Below, piece by piece: positions 39,371 to 50,166 of a stretch of DNA of 64,000 nt. The stretch spans positions 15,726-79,725 of the forward strand of contig JAXHMZ010000003.1 in assembly GCA_034521025.1 (NCBI GenBank), read 5' to 3'. The notes beneath the pieces are model-generated. The model did no database searches, had not been told where the DNA came from, and saw only the letters and a program-made list of their open reading frames with translations. The number at the start of each line of letters is the position of its first letter. Position 1 is the first letter of the stretch. Both the position numbers and the translations under genes were made by a program. Source of the DNA: Candidatus Campbellbacteria bacterium (GTDB taxonomy: Bacteria; Patescibacteriota; Minisyncoccia; Phycocordibacterales; JAXHMZ01).

Positions 39371-40384
39371 ATGTCACCCTTATCACCTAAACTGGGAATA
39401 GACCTGGGCACCGCCAACACGCTCGTCTTCATTAAAGGAAGAGGGATCGTACTAAACGAACCTTCGGTTGTCGCGATCATCGAAGGCGAAAGCAAGGTTT
39501 TGGCAGTGGGTCTCGAAGCTAAAGACATGATAGGCCGCACACCGGAAACCATTGTGGCTCATCATCCTCTAAAAGATGGTGTTATCGCTGATTATAAGAT
39601 CACCGAGGCAATGCTGAGGTATTATATCCGAAAGGCCGTCGGCTCATGGAATCCATTCAAGCCCGAAATAATGGTTTCAGTTCCGGCCGGCGTTACTTCA
39701 ACTGAAAGAAGGGCGGTAATAGAAGCGGCGCTAAAAGCCGGAGCCGGCAACGTCTATATTGTAAAAGAGCCGATACTAGCAGCCATCGGAGCCGGCATTC
39801 CGATTCAAGAAGCCGGCGGTCATATCATTGTAGATATTGGTGGAGGCACGACCGATGTAGCCGTAATATCGCTTGGCGGTATTGTTGCCTCCACTTCGAT
39901 AAAATGCGCGGGAAACAGAATCGACGCCAGCATAATAAAGCACATCAAACGCGAACATAACCTTTCGATAGGAGAAAAAACAGCCGAAGAAATTAAAATT
40001 AAAATCGGCACTGCTAAACACCTGAGCAAAGAATTAACCATGGAAGTTAAAGGTAGTGATTTTGAAACCAGTTTGCCGAGAACTGTTTCAGTTCGATCTA
40101 ACGCGATCGCCGAGGCAATCGAAACTGAACTCTCGGAGATCATTAAAGCGATCAAAGATGTATTGCAAGAAACCCCTCCTGAATTGGCAGCAGATATTAT
40201 TGACAGAGGGATTACGATGACTGGCGGCTCATCACTTTTAAGAAAACTTCCGGAGTTGGTGCATGACAGAACCGGAGTAAAAGCAACGTTGGCCAATGAT
40301 CCGCTATTTTGTGTTGCGAAGGGTACCGGAGTCGCACTAGAGCACTTGAATACTTATAAGAAAAGCATAATCACAAAGCGATGA
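39371..40384 (+). CDS. mreB: Rod shape-determining protein MreB (paralog 1)
   Basis: GIDLGTANT, EPSVVA, VDIGGGTTDVAVISLGG. Confidence 0.95.
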   Translation: MSPLSPKLGIDLGTANTLVFIKGRGIVLNEPSVVAIIEGESKVLAVGLEAKDMIGRTPETIVAHHPLKDGVIADYKITEAMLRYYIRKAVGSWNPFKPEIMVSVPAGVTSTERRAVIEAALKAGAGNVYIVKEPILAAIGAGIPIQEAGGHIIVDIGGGTTDVAVISLGGIVASTSIKCAGNRIDASIIKHIKREHNLSIGEKTAEEIKIKIGTAKHLSKELTMEVKGSDFETSLPRTVSVRSNAIAEAIETELSEIIKAIKDVLQETPPELAADIIDRGITMTGGSSLLRKLPELVHDRTGVKATLANDPLFCVAKGTGVALEHLNTYKKSIITKR

Positions 40385-41046
40385 GGATCACGCATTTACC
40401 GGTCGACCAACACGCCTTTCTTTCAACTTTGGATGGCAAAACGATCACCGACAACGATCTAGTTGGTTTAGAAGAAGATATCCATTCGTTCTTTAGAGAA
40501 GAGACGATCACAGTTTTTCATTTTTTAAATGAAACTTTCACAATCGAAATAGCAAGGCAGCTAAAAACAACTCAAGTAAACAAAAACAGACCAGATGAAC
40601 GACGCATACTGTTGGTCAATTTTTCTTCAATTACCCTTGAAGCACAAAACGCGTTACTAAAGGTATTGGAGGAACCAACCGAAAGGACGCATTTGATATT
40701 TTTGATACCACACTCGCAAATACTTCTACCGACCATTCGCTCGCGATGCAGAGAGATTGACATAACCATAGAAGAAGACGAGGTGGTCTTTGATCACTTT
40801 TTATCTAGATCTTTCAAGGAACGTCTGGAAAAAACAGCCGAGATTTTGAAAGATAGATCACAAATATCCGCCTTTTTTCTAAACCTAGAGAAGGAAATTT
40901 CTGCAGAAAGGAAATATATTAGAGCGCCGAGCATAGATTATAAAAAATTTATAGATTACAAAAGGCGGGCCTTATCGGGTACTCCGGCCACAAAATACAT
41001 ACTAGAAGAGCTTGCTTTGACACTGCCTGTGGTAAACCATTCGTAA
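40381..41046 (+). CDS. holB: DNA polymerase III delta' subunit-like (short)
   Basis: AQNALLKVLEEP, LLPTIRSRC. Confidence 0.78.
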   Translation: MRITHLPVDQHAFLSTLDGKTITDNDLVGLEEDIHSFFREETITVFHFLNETFTIEIARQLKTTQVNKNRPDERRILLVNFSSITLEAQNALLKVLEEPTERTHLIFLIPHSQILLPTIRSRCREIDITIEEDEVVFDHFLSRSFKERLEKTAEILKDRSQISAFFLNLEKEISAERKYIRAPSIDYKKFIDYKRRALSGTPATKYILEELALTLPVVNHS

Positions 41047-41097
41047 AAAGAGACTTAAAGTTCCAACAATGGCCTGATTCTGCTATAATACCCCAGT

Positions 41098-41652
41098 ATG
41101 AGTTATTCTTTTGACACATTTAGAAGATCACTTAACAACACAGAAGAGTGGTTAAAAAAAGAGTTGGCTAGCATTCGCACCGGGCAAGCTTCGCCGACCG
41201 TACTTGATTCCGTAACCGTAGAAGTCCACGGTGCTAGACTTCCATTGAATCAAGTAGCAAATATTTCCCTAGAAGGATCTAGGGCATTAAGAGTTAACGT
41301 TTGGGACAAAAATCAAATAAAGGCGGTTGAAAAAGCAATTCGCGACAGAGACCTAGGCCTTTCTATTGCTACCGACGATAGTGGGGTTAGAATATTCTTT
41401 CCTGAGGTAACAACTGAACAAAAGGAAAAATTCGTTAAATTAGCCAAAGATCGTCTTGAGCAGGCACGGATTGCAGTAAGAGGAGAAAGAGAAGACACGC
41501 TGAAAGAAATTCAGGACCTGGAAAAATCAAGCGAAATAAGCGAAGATGAAGCTTTCAGCCTCAAAGAGCAACTACAAAAGCAAGTAGACGAAAAAAATCA
41601 AGATCTCAGCGAAATTTTTGAAAGGAAAGAGAACGAAATACTCTCAACTTAA
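41098..41652 (+). CDS. frr: Ribosome recycling factor
   Basis: IRTGQASP, LNQVANIS, ARIAVR, KENEIL. Confidence 0.93.
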   Translation: MSYSFDTFRRSLNNTEEWLKKELASIRTGQASPTVLDSVTVEVHGARLPLNQVANISLEGSRALRVNVWDKNQIKAVEKAIRDRDLGLSIATDDSGVRIFFPEVTTEQKEKFVKLAKDRLEQARIAVRGEREDTLKEIQDLEKSSEISEDEAFSLKEQLQKQVDEKNQDLSEIFERKENEILST

Positions 41653-41655
41653 TTT

Positions 41656-42759
41656 ATGTCATTCATAATATTCTTATTAGTACTTGGCTTACTTATTTTT
41701 ATCCATGAACTTGGGCATTTTATTGCTGCAAAAAAGAGCGGTGTCAGAGTTTATGAATTCGCGTTAGGTTTCCCTCCAAACATATCTAAAATAAAAAAAG
41801 GTGAAACAGAGTACGCCATAAACGCCCTTCCCATTGGCGGATATGTACGACTACAAGGAGAGAACGGAGTCGAGGAAGATGTAACAGAAGAAGAAAAGAA
41901 TAAGAGTTTTGCTTTCAAGGGCTCCTTAACAAAAACTTTTATATTAGCGGCCGGTGTCATTATGAATATGATACTGGCGTGGGTTTTGCTTTCTATCGCT
42001 TTTATGGTCGGCTATCCTACGGCTGATCAAGATATAAACGAGCAATATGTAGTCGATGAAGGAGTGATCATCACACAAGTATTGCCGGATTCACCGGCTG
42101 AAAAGGCTGAAGTTCTTCCGGGTGATGAGCTCATATCTATTAGCGACGGGAGTAATACAGAAGAGATAACCAACGCTCAAAACATAAGCAGTTTCATAGA
42201 AGGCACTGACAGCGAAAACATCACACTCCTAATAAGTCGAAGCGGGGAAGAGAGAGAAATAGACATATCTCCAACAACTAATTTAGAAGGCGAAGAAAAG
42301 GATAAGAGAATGATCGGCATAGCGTCGTCTAATATTTCTGTTGTTAAATATCCTCCCCATCTGGCGTTATACAATGGAGCGATTTGGACCGGAAACGCGA
42401 CGGTGATGACCGTTCAGGGACTGGGATCTTTAATTGCGGGTCTTTTTCAAGGAGAAGGGGACCTTTCTAATGTGGCTGGTCCAATCGGCATAGTTAGCTT
42501 AGTAGGAGACGCTTACGCGGTCGGTTTTGTGTATCTACTTTCTTTCACCGCGATCATTTCTATTAACCTTGCGATAATTAACCTCTTACCCGTACCGGCT
42601 CTCGACGGCGGTAGGATCCTCTTTGTTTGGATAGAGGCGTTGAAAGGATCTCCAATGAGTCCTCGTACTCAGATGATCGCAAACGGTATTGGATTCGCTT
42701 TATTGATCCTCTTGATAATAGTAGTATCGGTTAATGACATACGTAATCTATTTATGTAG
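41656..42759 (+). CDS. rseP: RIP metalloprotease RseP
   Basis: HELGH, PDZ domain, NLLPVPALDGG. Confidence 0.93.
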   Translation: MSFIIFLLVLGLLIFIHELGHFIAAKKSGVRVYEFALGFPPNISKIKKGETEYAINALPIGGYVRLQGENGVEEDVTEEEKNKSFAFKGSLTKTFILAAGVIMNMILAWVLLSIAFMVGYPTADQDINEQYVVDEGVIITQVLPDSPAEKAEVLPGDELISISDGSNTEEITNAQNISSFIEGTDSENITLLISRSGEEREIDISPTTNLEGEEKDKRMIGIASSNISVVKYPPHLALYNGAIWTGNATVMTVQGLGSLIAGLFQGEGDLSNVAGPIGIVSLVGDAYAVGFVYLLSFTAIISINLAIINLLPVPALDGGRILFVWIEALKGSPMSPRTQMIANGIGFALLILLIIVVSVNDIRNLFM

Positions 42760-42764
42760 GCACT

Positions 42765-44018
42765 ATGAGGCAATCCCAACTTTTTACAAAAACTAGAAAA
42801 GAGGCTCCAAAAGATGAAGCGAGTAAAAATGCGAGACTCTTGATACAAGCCGGCTTTATTGAAAAGGTCATGGCCGGTGTATATTCTTATTTGCCTCTTG
42901 GCTTAAGGGTTTTGAATAAAGTTGAAAATATTATTCGCGAGGAAATGAACTCGATAGGTGGTCAGGAATTGTTTCTAACCTCGCTTCAGGATCCAGAGAT
43001 CTGGCAAAGATCTGGGCGCTGGGACGACGAAGCCATCGACGTTTGGTTTAAGACAAAACTAGCCAATGACTCTGAGATAGGTTTAGCAACAACACATGAA
43101 GAACCAATAGCAAAACTAATGGTTGAACATATTCGTTCGTATAAAGATCTTCCTGTTTATGCTTACCAGTTTCAAACAAAATTCAGAAATGAGTTGCGCG
43201 CAAAATCAGGAATTATGCGCGGTCGTGAGTTCAAAATGAAGGATCTCTACTCCTTCAATAAAAACGAGGAAAATTTTCGCGAATTTTACGAAGAGTGTGC
43301 TCAAGCATACGCACGTATCTTTTCGCGCGTCGGAGTGGGTGATAAGACTTATCGAACATTCGCAAGCGGTGGCTCATTCAGTAAGTTCAGTGATGAGTTT
43401 CAAACGATATCGGACGCGGGTGAAGACATTATTTACATCGACAAAGATAAGAATATAGCCGTTAACGAAGAGGTCTACGAAGACTCGGTTTTAGAAGAGC
43501 TCGACCTTAAAAAAGAAAACTTAGTAAAAGAAAAAGCAATAGAAGTGGGAAATATTTTCCCTCTAGGCACTAAGTACGCCGAAGCAATGGATTTGTTCTA
43601 TAACGATGAATCAGGCGAAAAAAGGCCGGTAACTATGGGCTCATACGGAATCGGACCCGGTAGATTAGTAGGGGCGGTAGTAGAGATATTTTCAGATGAA
43701 AAAGGAATGGTATGGCCAGATTCTATCGCACCCTTCAAAGCACATATAATTTTAGTAGACACTGAGAACAAAGAGCAGAGTAGAGCTGCTAATCAGATAT
43801 ATAAAGAATTAACAAACAAAAATATCGAGGTGCTTTTTGACGATAGAAATATTAGCGCAGGAGAAAAATTTGCTGATTCAGATCTCATCGGAATACCTCA
43901 CAGGATCACTATTGGCAAAAAATTTTTGGAGAGCGATCTCATTGAATACACAGAGCGAGCAACGGGGGGCTCTCGAGAAATGACCGAGGAAGAACTGCTG
44001 TCTATCTTAGTCAATTAA
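42765..44018 (+). CDS. proS: Proline--tRNA ligase (short form)
   Basis: MRQSQLF, TTHEE, FRNELR, REFKMKDLYSF, MGSYGIG. Confidence 0.95.
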   Translation: MRQSQLFTKTRKEAPKDEASKNARLLIQAGFIEKVMAGVYSYLPLGLRVLNKVENIIREEMNSIGGQELFLTSLQDPEIWQRSGRWDDEAIDVWFKTKLANDSEIGLATTHEEPIAKLMVEHIRSYKDLPVYAYQFQTKFRNELRAKSGIMRGREFKMKDLYSFNKNEENFREFYEECAQAYARIFSRVGVGDKTYRTFASGGSFSKFSDEFQTISDAGEDIIYIDKDKNIAVNEEVYEDSVLEELDLKKENLVKEKAIEVGNIFPLGTKYAEAMDLFYNDESGEKRPVTMGSYGIGPGRLVGAVVEIFSDEKGMVWPDSIAPFKAHIILVDTENKEQSRAANQIYKELTNKNIEVLFDDRNISAGEKFADSDLIGIPHRITIGKKFLESDLIEYTERATGGSREMTEEELLSILVN

Positions 44019-44022
44019 TTAT

Positions 44023-45096
44023 ATGGCAAATGAAAATACAGGAAAACGCTCTTGGGGCTTACGTTTCAGTTTTCGTAATGATATCGGGATCGATCTAGGA
44101 ACCGCCAATACTTTAGTCTACGTACACCCTAAGGGAATAGTTATAGATGAACCTTCGGTTGTGGCTGTAAATAAGAAAACAGGCCGCGTAGTCGCTGTCG
44201 GTAAAAAAGCAAGAGAAATGGTGGGTCGTACGCCGGCTCATATTGAGGCGATCAATCCCTTGGTAGACGGCGTCATATCTGATTTTGAGATTGCCGAGGA
44301 GATGCTTGCTCACTTATTACGCAGGGCACGAGAACACACCTCAAGTTTCATACCTCCGCGCGTCCTTGTCGGGGTGCCTTCCGGTATTACAAACGTAGAA
44401 ATTAGAGCCGTCCGAGACGCGGCAAAAAACGCAGGTGCCAGGTCGGTCAATATCATTGAAGAGCCAATGGCCGCGGCTATAGGTATAGGTCTACCAGTAC
44501 TCGAAGCAAACGGCAATATGGTAGTAGATATCGGTGGTGGAACGACCGATATCGCGGTGATCTCACTGGGAGGCATCGTGCAATCTAAAAATTTGCGCGT
44601 TGCGGGCGACCACTTGAACCAAGACATAATTCGATTTCTGAAAGAAAAATATAAATTGCAGATCGGAGAAAAAACTGCCGAGAATATAAAAATAGAACTT
44701 GGGTCGGTAGTTGACGAAAAAAAGCCGCTCTCAGCCAAGGCACGCGGACGCGACTTAGTTACTGGGCTACCCAAAGAAATAGAGGTGACAGATTCAGATG
44801 TTAAAGAAGCCATTCTGGTTTCAATTGAAAAACTAATTGAGGCCGTAAAAAACGTTGTAGAAACGATGCCACCTGAAGTTATGTCAGACATAATGAAAAG
44901 AGGCATATATATTACAGGCGGAGGTGCTCTTTTACGAGGCCTGGACTCGGTACTTGAGAGTTTTATCAAAGTACCGTTTTATCTAACTGATGACCCACTA
45001 ACTACTGTGGCTCGCGGCACGGGAATAGTTTTGAACGACTTTGATCGCTATAAAGAAATTTTAATACAAAACGACGATGAGCAACCGACTGAATAA
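44023..45096 (+). CDS. mreB: Rod shape-determining protein MreB (paralog 2)
   Basis: GIDLGTANT, EEPMAAAIG, GGGALL; adjacent to mreC. Confidence 0.95.
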   Translation: MANENTGKRSWGLRFSFRNDIGIDLGTANTLVYVHPKGIVIDEPSVVAVNKKTGRVVAVGKKAREMVGRTPAHIEAINPLVDGVISDFEIAEEMLAHLLRRAREHTSSFIPPRVLVGVPSGITNVEIRAVRDAAKNAGARSVNIIEEPMAAAIGIGLPVLEANGNMVVDIGGGTTDIAVISLGGIVQSKNLRVAGDHLNQDIIRFLKEKYKLQIGEKTAENIKIELGSVVDEKKPLSAKARGRDLVTGLPKEIEVTDSDVKEAILVSIEKLIEAVKNVVETMPPEVMSDIMKRGIYITGGGALLRGLDSVLESFIKVPFYLTDDPLTTVARGTGIVLNDFDRYKEILIQNDDEQPTE

Positions 45097-45856
45097 AAGA
45101 ACCAGGGTAGCTGCTATCTCTCTCATATCTTTATTGTTTGTTCTCATAATAATTTCTGTAGCGTTCGGTCGTAACGCTCTGAATAATGCTTTTTCGCCAG
45201 TTCTCGCTTTGGGCGCAAATGTCAACCAAGCCAGTGGTGACTTTCTTAAAAAATTTCAAGACAAAGACGAATTAATTGAGAAAGTAGCAGAACTTACATT
45301 CGAGAATGAAAAGTTGGCTAGAGAGAATCGCTCAAAAGCTCTCCTTGCGATTGAAAACGAAATGCTAAAAGAAATGCTGGGGCGAAAAAGTGAATCCGGT
45401 GATGATCTAACTATAACCCGAGTAATTTCACGGCCGCCAATAACTTCTTTTGATACACTAATAATAGATATGGGAAGAGAAGATGGGGTCGAAAAAGGAG
45501 ACGCCGTGCTGTCTTCCAGTAGTAACGAAATCGGTTATATAGAAAAGGTTTTGGAGTCGTCCGCAAATGTCAGATTATATTCGTCACCCGGGGAAAGAAC
45601 TCCGGTAGAAATAGACGGCAACGGCACACTTGTAGTAGCTGAGGGTACGGGAGGTGGCTCCATTGCAATTCAGGCACCTCGATTTCTTGATATAGAAGAG
45701 GGAGCTTTAGTTACTAAACCCGCGCTTGATTCTACCGTAATAGCTTCTATAGAGTCAGTTGAATCAGGCGAGACCGACGCGTTTCAATTAGTTCGCGGTA
45801 AATTACCGATCAATGTTTTTGAGGTATCTTGGGTGTTTGTGGAGATCGTTGAGTAG
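45077..45856 (+). CDS. mreC: Rod shape-determining protein MreC
   Basis: TM, coiled coil ENEMLKEML, IIDMGREDGVEKG; synteny with mreB. Confidence 0.85.
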   Translation: MSNRLNKRTRVAAISLISLLFVLIIISVAFGRNALNNAFSPVLALGANVNQASGDFLKKFQDKDELIEKVAELTFENEKLARENRSKALLAIENEMLKEMLGRKSESGDDLTITRVISRPPITSFDTLIIDMGREDGVEKGDAVLSSSSNEIGYIEKVLESSANVRLYSSPGERTPVEIDGNGTLVVAEGTGGGSIAIQAPRFLDIEEGALVTKPALDSTVIASIESVESGETDAFQLVRGKLPINVFEVSWVFVEIVE

Positions 45857-45889
45857 AACAAGAGTGTTAACTACAACTGGTTAGTAAAT

Positions 45890-47566
45890 ATGAAGAGAAA
45901 AAACAAGAACAATTTTCAAATAGACCCGCATGAAGTGTTGTTGGACTCAGAGAGTTTGGAAGATCAGTCAGAATCTGATTCCAGACTGGAGAAGCCTATA
46001 CGGACGTCTTCATTACAGATACTTATTCTAATTACGGTCGCAATATTTGCCATATTTTCGTTTAAACTTTTTAATCTACAGATCGTAGAGGGAAAAGAAT
46101 ATAAAGAACGTAGTGAAAACAATCGCCTACAGCATTCTCTTATACCCGCTGAAAGAGGTATTATTTATGATCGCAACGGAGAAAAACTGGCTTGGAATGA
46201 AAAGTCCTCTAACGGTAGTGATCATGCTAAAAGGCAATACACCGAACTAGGAGGTATGGGGCATATTTTGGGGTACACAAAACCACCGGCAAAAGATAAA
46301 AGCGGGATATATTATAGAACCCACCATATCGGCCTAGCCGGAGCAGAGTCGGTTTTTGAAAGACAACTACGTGGCAATAACGGAACAAGAATTATAGAAA
46401 CTAACGTGAAGTATGAAGTTGTATCTAAGAACTTAATAAAAGAGCCCGAACCCGGCGGTGAAGTGGAGCTTTCTATCGACGCGGAAATATCAAACAAACT
46501 TTACGAAGAGATCAAAAGCGCCACGGAAGAATATGGCTTTAGAGGTGGCTCCGCTGTGATAATGGATATCGACTCCGGTGAGATCTTAGCTCTTAGTAAT
46601 TATCCGGAAACTGACTCAAATGTTCTCTCCGACGGTAAAAATGAAGAAGAGATCGAAAAATACTCTGAAAATCCAGCCAAACCCTACCTCAATCGAGCGC
46701 TAAACGGAAGCTTCACGCCCGGATCAATTGTAAAGCCCTTCATTGCGACCGCGGCCCTAAACGAAAATATAATCAATCCAAACAAAACAATATTTAGTGA
46801 CGGTTCAATACAAATAGAAAGCCCATATGACCCGGAGGATGTATACGTTTTTCGTGACTGGCAAGCACACGGAGCTGTAGATATGCGTGAGGCTCTAGCT
46901 GTTTCTTCAAACGAATATTTCTACACCATAGGCGGAGGACATGAAGACCAAGAGGGCTTAGGAATTGATAGAATTTATGAGTATATGCATCTTTTTGGCT
47001 TCGGCGAAAAAACCGGCATTGAATTGGGATCAGAAGCCGTAGGAGTGGTACCAAGCAGAGAGTGGAAAAGAGAAACCTTTGAGAGTGAAAGTTGGTTTCT
47101 TGGTGACACTTATAATACTTCCATAGGACAATACGGCTTTTTGGTTACTCCCATACAAGCAGTCAGAGCCACCGCCGCCATAGCAAATGGAGGCACCTTA
47201 TTGACCCCAAGGATCTCAGACTCACTTCTGCTTGAAAAAAAGGAGCTTGATATAGCTGAAAAAGACTTGCAGGTCGTCAGAGAAGGGATGCGGCTCGGTG
47301 TAACAGATAAAATAGTTAGATCGTTAAAGTTTCCGGAATTATCAATAGCGGCAAAAACAGGAACCGCCGAAGTTGGTTTTGAGAAGGGATATGAAAATTC
47401 TTGGGTTGTTGGTTATTTTCCTTATGACGAGCCTAAGTACGCGTTTGCCGTATTACTTGATCACGTAGACGAATCTAATAGTTTTGGCGCCGCTCCAAAT
47501 ATGCGTTCTTTTTTTCAGTGGTTGATTAAAGAAAAACCGGAATATACAACGACTGGCTCTGACTAG
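45890..47566 (+). CDS. mrdA: Penicillin-binding protein 2
   Basis: RGIIYDRNG, PGSIVK (SxxK), SSN, KTGTAE. Confidence 0.9.
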   Translation: MKRKNKNNFQIDPHEVLLDSESLEDQSESDSRLEKPIRTSSLQILILITVAIFAIFSFKLFNLQIVEGKEYKERSENNRLQHSLIPAERGIIYDRNGEKLAWNEKSSNGSDHAKRQYTELGGMGHILGYTKPPAKDKSGIYYRTHHIGLAGAESVFERQLRGNNGTRIIETNVKYEVVSKNLIKEPEPGGEVELSIDAEISNKLYEEIKSATEEYGFRGGSAVIMDIDSGEILALSNYPETDSNVLSDGKNEEEIEKYSENPAKPYLNRALNGSFTPGSIVKPFIATAALNENIINPNKTIFSDGSIQIESPYDPEDVYVFRDWQAHGAVDMREALAVSSNEYFYTIGGGHEDQEGLGIDRIYEYMHLFGFGEKTGIELGSEAVGVVPSREWKRETFESESWFLGDTYNTSIGQYGFLVTPIQAVRATAAIANGGTLLTPRISDSLLLEKKELDIAEKDLQVVREGMRLGVTDKIVRSLKFPELSIAAKTGTAEVGFEKGYENSWVVGYFPYDEPKYAFAVLLDHVDESNSFGAAPNMRSFFQWLIKEKPEYTTTGSD

Positions 47567-47644
47567 CTGGTTTGACGTAATCTTTATTTATCGGTAGGAT
47601 TTTCTAGTAGTGAAATATCTAAAAATCATCTCATAACTATAAAT

Positions 47645-48109
47645 ATGCAACAGGAGTATCTCAGTCCAGAAAAGTTTCAAGAGCTTAAGGCAGAGTTGGA
47701 CAATTTAAAAAACGTAGAACGTAAGAAAGTTACCGAGGCACTAGAGTATGCTAAATCTCTCGGAGACTTATCCGAGAACGCCGAATATCATGAAGCGCGA
47801 GACAACCAAGCAAAGATAGAAGCTCGCATTGTGGAACTAGAATCTATGCTGAAATCCGCTGTAGTTATTTCTTCAAAGGGAAGGAGTGACATAGCGCAAG
47901 CTGGGTCCAAGATCACCATTCAAAATAAAGAAGACAAAAAGAAACGCACCTTTACTATTGTTAGCAGCGAGGAATCAGACATCGACAACGGTAAGCTTTC
48001 CTATCATTCTCCAATCGGCGCCGCGGTTATGGGCAAAAAGAAAGGAGATGAATTCACTGTTAGAACCCCCAACGGTGAAACAACTTATAAACTTATGGAT
48101 ATTGAGTAA
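47645..48109 (+). CDS. greA: Transcription elongation factor GreA
   Basis: GDLSENAEY, SPIGAA. Confidence 0.95.
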   Translation: MQQEYLSPEKFQELKAELDNLKNVERKKVTEALEYAKSLGDLSENAEYHEARDNQAKIEARIVELESMLKSAVVISSKGRSDIAQAGSKITIQNKEDKKKRTFTIVSSEESDIDNGKLSYHSPIGAAVMGKKKGDEFTVRTPNGETTYKLMDIE

Positions 48110-48114
48110 TACCT

Positions 48115-49578
48115 ATGGCTTCTTTAGAGGAAATAAAAAAGGATAGGTTAGAAAAGATCTCTGCTTTGAAGGACGCTGGGATGGACCCCTATCCGGCTGT
48201 CAGCAATCGAGATATTTCTATCGATGACTTTTTGAATGACTTTGAGGTATTTGAAAAAAGCGGGGAAGAAAAGACCATCGCCGGTCGCATTCGCTCTATC
48301 CGCACTCACGGTGCCATAGCATTCTGTGATCTTCTTGACGGCTCAACGACTATACAGATATACCTTAAAAAAGATGTTCTGGGTGAAGATCTTTTTTCGC
48401 TATTTGAAAAAACGGTAGATGAAAGTGATTTTGTAGAGTTTACTGGAAAGGCAGAAAAAACAGAGAGGGGGATAGAAAGTTTAACGCCCAGCAAATGGCG
48501 CATGCTTACTAAAAGCCTAAGGCCCGTCCCCAAAGACTATTACGGCTTTAAGGATGAAGAGGAGCGTCTCCGCAAGCGATACTTGGACATATTAACCAAT
48601 CCTGAAGTTCGTGAGTTGCTTGAGAAAAAATCGAAGTTTTGGAGAGTAACCAGAAACTTTTTAGAAAGCAGAAATTTTCTCGAAGTTGAAACTCCGACTC
48701 TTGAAGTTACAACCGGAGGCGCCGAAGCCACGCCTTTCGAAACTTACCACAGGGATTTTGACCTCAACGCTTACTTGCGCATATCAGTGGGTGAGCTCTG
48801 GCAGAAAAAATTGATGGCGAGCGGTATTGAAAAAACATTCGAGATCGGCCGCGTGTATCGTAATGAAGGATCAAGTCCGGAGCACGTTCAAGAGTTCACG
48901 AACATGGAATGCTACTGGGCCTACGCTAGTTTTCGCGACGGAATGGATTTGGCAAAAGAATTGTACATAACTCTAGCGAAGGAAGTTTTTGGTAAAACTA
49001 AGTTTAGCACCCGTGGATATACATTTGATCTGTCGGACGAATGGAAAGAAATAGACTATCGTTCAGAAATAGAAAAAGAGACGGGAATTGATATTTTAGA
49101 AGCGGACAGTAAAACTATCGAAAATAAACTTAGTGAACTAAATGTACACTACGACGGCAAAACCTATGAACGATTAGTGGATTCATTGTGGAAGTATTGC
49201 CGCAAGAAGATCTCCGGACCTGCTTTTCTAGTTAATCACCCAAGTCTGGTTTCTCCTTTATCAAAAGCTCACAAAGATAATCAGGAACTTACCGAACGTT
49301 TCCAGATCATCCTAGCGGGAAGCGAGCTAGGTAACGGTTTCTCCGAGCTCAATGATCCTGAAGAGCAAAGGGAGCGCTTCGAGGCACAGCAAAAACTCAT
49401 AGACAGAGGAGACGATGAAGCAATGATGCCGGATTGGGAATTCGTGGAAGCACTGGAGTACGGAATTCCTCCAACGTTTGGTTTTGGATTCGGAGAAAGA
49501 TTATTTGCTTTCCTTGCCGACAGACCAATTCGGGAAGTGGCTACTTTTCCTCTGATGAAACCACAAAGTAACGCTTAA
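48115..49578 (+). CDS. lysS: Lysine--tRNA ligase (class II)
   Basis: RLRKRYLD, GGAEATPF, YRNEG, ELGNGFSELNDP. Confidence 0.95.
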   Translation: MASLEEIKKDRLEKISALKDAGMDPYPAVSNRDISIDDFLNDFEVFEKSGEEKTIAGRIRSIRTHGAIAFCDLLDGSTTIQIYLKKDVLGEDLFSLFEKTVDESDFVEFTGKAEKTERGIESLTPSKWRMLTKSLRPVPKDYYGFKDEEERLRKRYLDILTNPEVRELLEKKSKFWRVTRNFLESRNFLEVETPTLEVTTGGAEATPFETYHRDFDLNAYLRISVGELWQKKLMASGIEKTFEIGRVYRNEGSSPEHVQEFTNMECYWAYASFRDGMDLAKELYITLAKEVFGKTKFSTRGYTFDLSDEWKEIDYRSEIEKETGIDILEADSKTIENKLSELNVHYDGKTYERLVDSLWKYCRKKISGPAFLVNHPSLVSPLSKAHKDNQELTERFQIILAGSELGNGFSELNDPEEQRERFEAQQKLIDRGDDEAMMPDWEFVEALEYGIPPTFGFGFGERLFAFLADRPIREVATFPLMKPQSNA

Positions 49579-49658
49579 CTAAGCCCTAACAAAAACAAAT
49601 TTGATATCCCTCCCCGCAAAGGTGGGATATTTTTTTATCCACAGCTTTGAAACTTCAT

Positions 49659-49700
49659 AAGTGTGGAGTATAATGTCACTAAGTGGGATAAAGTGTCATA
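49659..49700 (+). promoter_or_regulatory. MraZ-binding direct repeats / dcw promoter
   Basis: aagtgtggag, aagtgggat and aagtgtcat at ~10-bp multiples upstream of mraZ, overlapping tataat. Confidence 0.6.
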
Positions 49701-49712
49701 AATAGAATTGTC

Positions 49713-50147
49713 ATGCTGATCGGAGAATATACACACACACTGGACTCAAAGAAGCGCATTTCTTTGCCGTCAAAGTTTCGCAAAGAATTGGGAAAAACAG
49801 TGGTAGCCACGCAGGGGCTAGACAATTGTGTAGCGATCTATCCGCTCAGCGCTTGGCGCTCTACGACAGAAAAATTGGCGGAAATGTCTATGGGCCAATC
49901 GGGGTCTAGGGACTTCAGTCGATTTATGCTTACGGGCGCTAAAGAGGTAGACGTAGACAGCGCGGGACGTATTCTCATTCCAGATTTTTTAAAAGATTTT
50001 GCCGGATTGAAAAACAAAGTTGTACTCGCGGGAGTGCACAACAGAGTTGAGATCTGGAACGAAAAAGCCTGGAACGAATACAAGAAGCGCGTTCAAAAAC
50101 AAGCAGATGTACTTGCCGAAAAGCTAGGGGAGCTGGGAATGATCTAA
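49713..50147 (+). CDS. mraZ: Transcriptional regulator MraZ
   Basis: GEYTHTLDSKKRISLPSKFR, DSAGRILIP, RVEIWN. Confidence 0.95.
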   Translation: MLIGEYTHTLDSKKRISLPSKFRKELGKTVVATQGLDNCVAIYPLSAWRSTTEKLAEMSMGQSGSRDFSRFMLTGAKEVDVDSAGRILIPDFLKDFAGLKNKVVLAGVHNRVEIWNEKAWNEYKKRVQKQADVLAEKLGELGMI

Positions 50148-50166
50148 GTACGAGAGTGAGCTATTT

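Noticed and set aside
44310-44969. Long antisense ORFs (also 58457-59242, 39820-40296, 53677-54153, 35525-35995)
   Set aside because: Shadow frames opposite well-conserved genes, with no recognisable motifs
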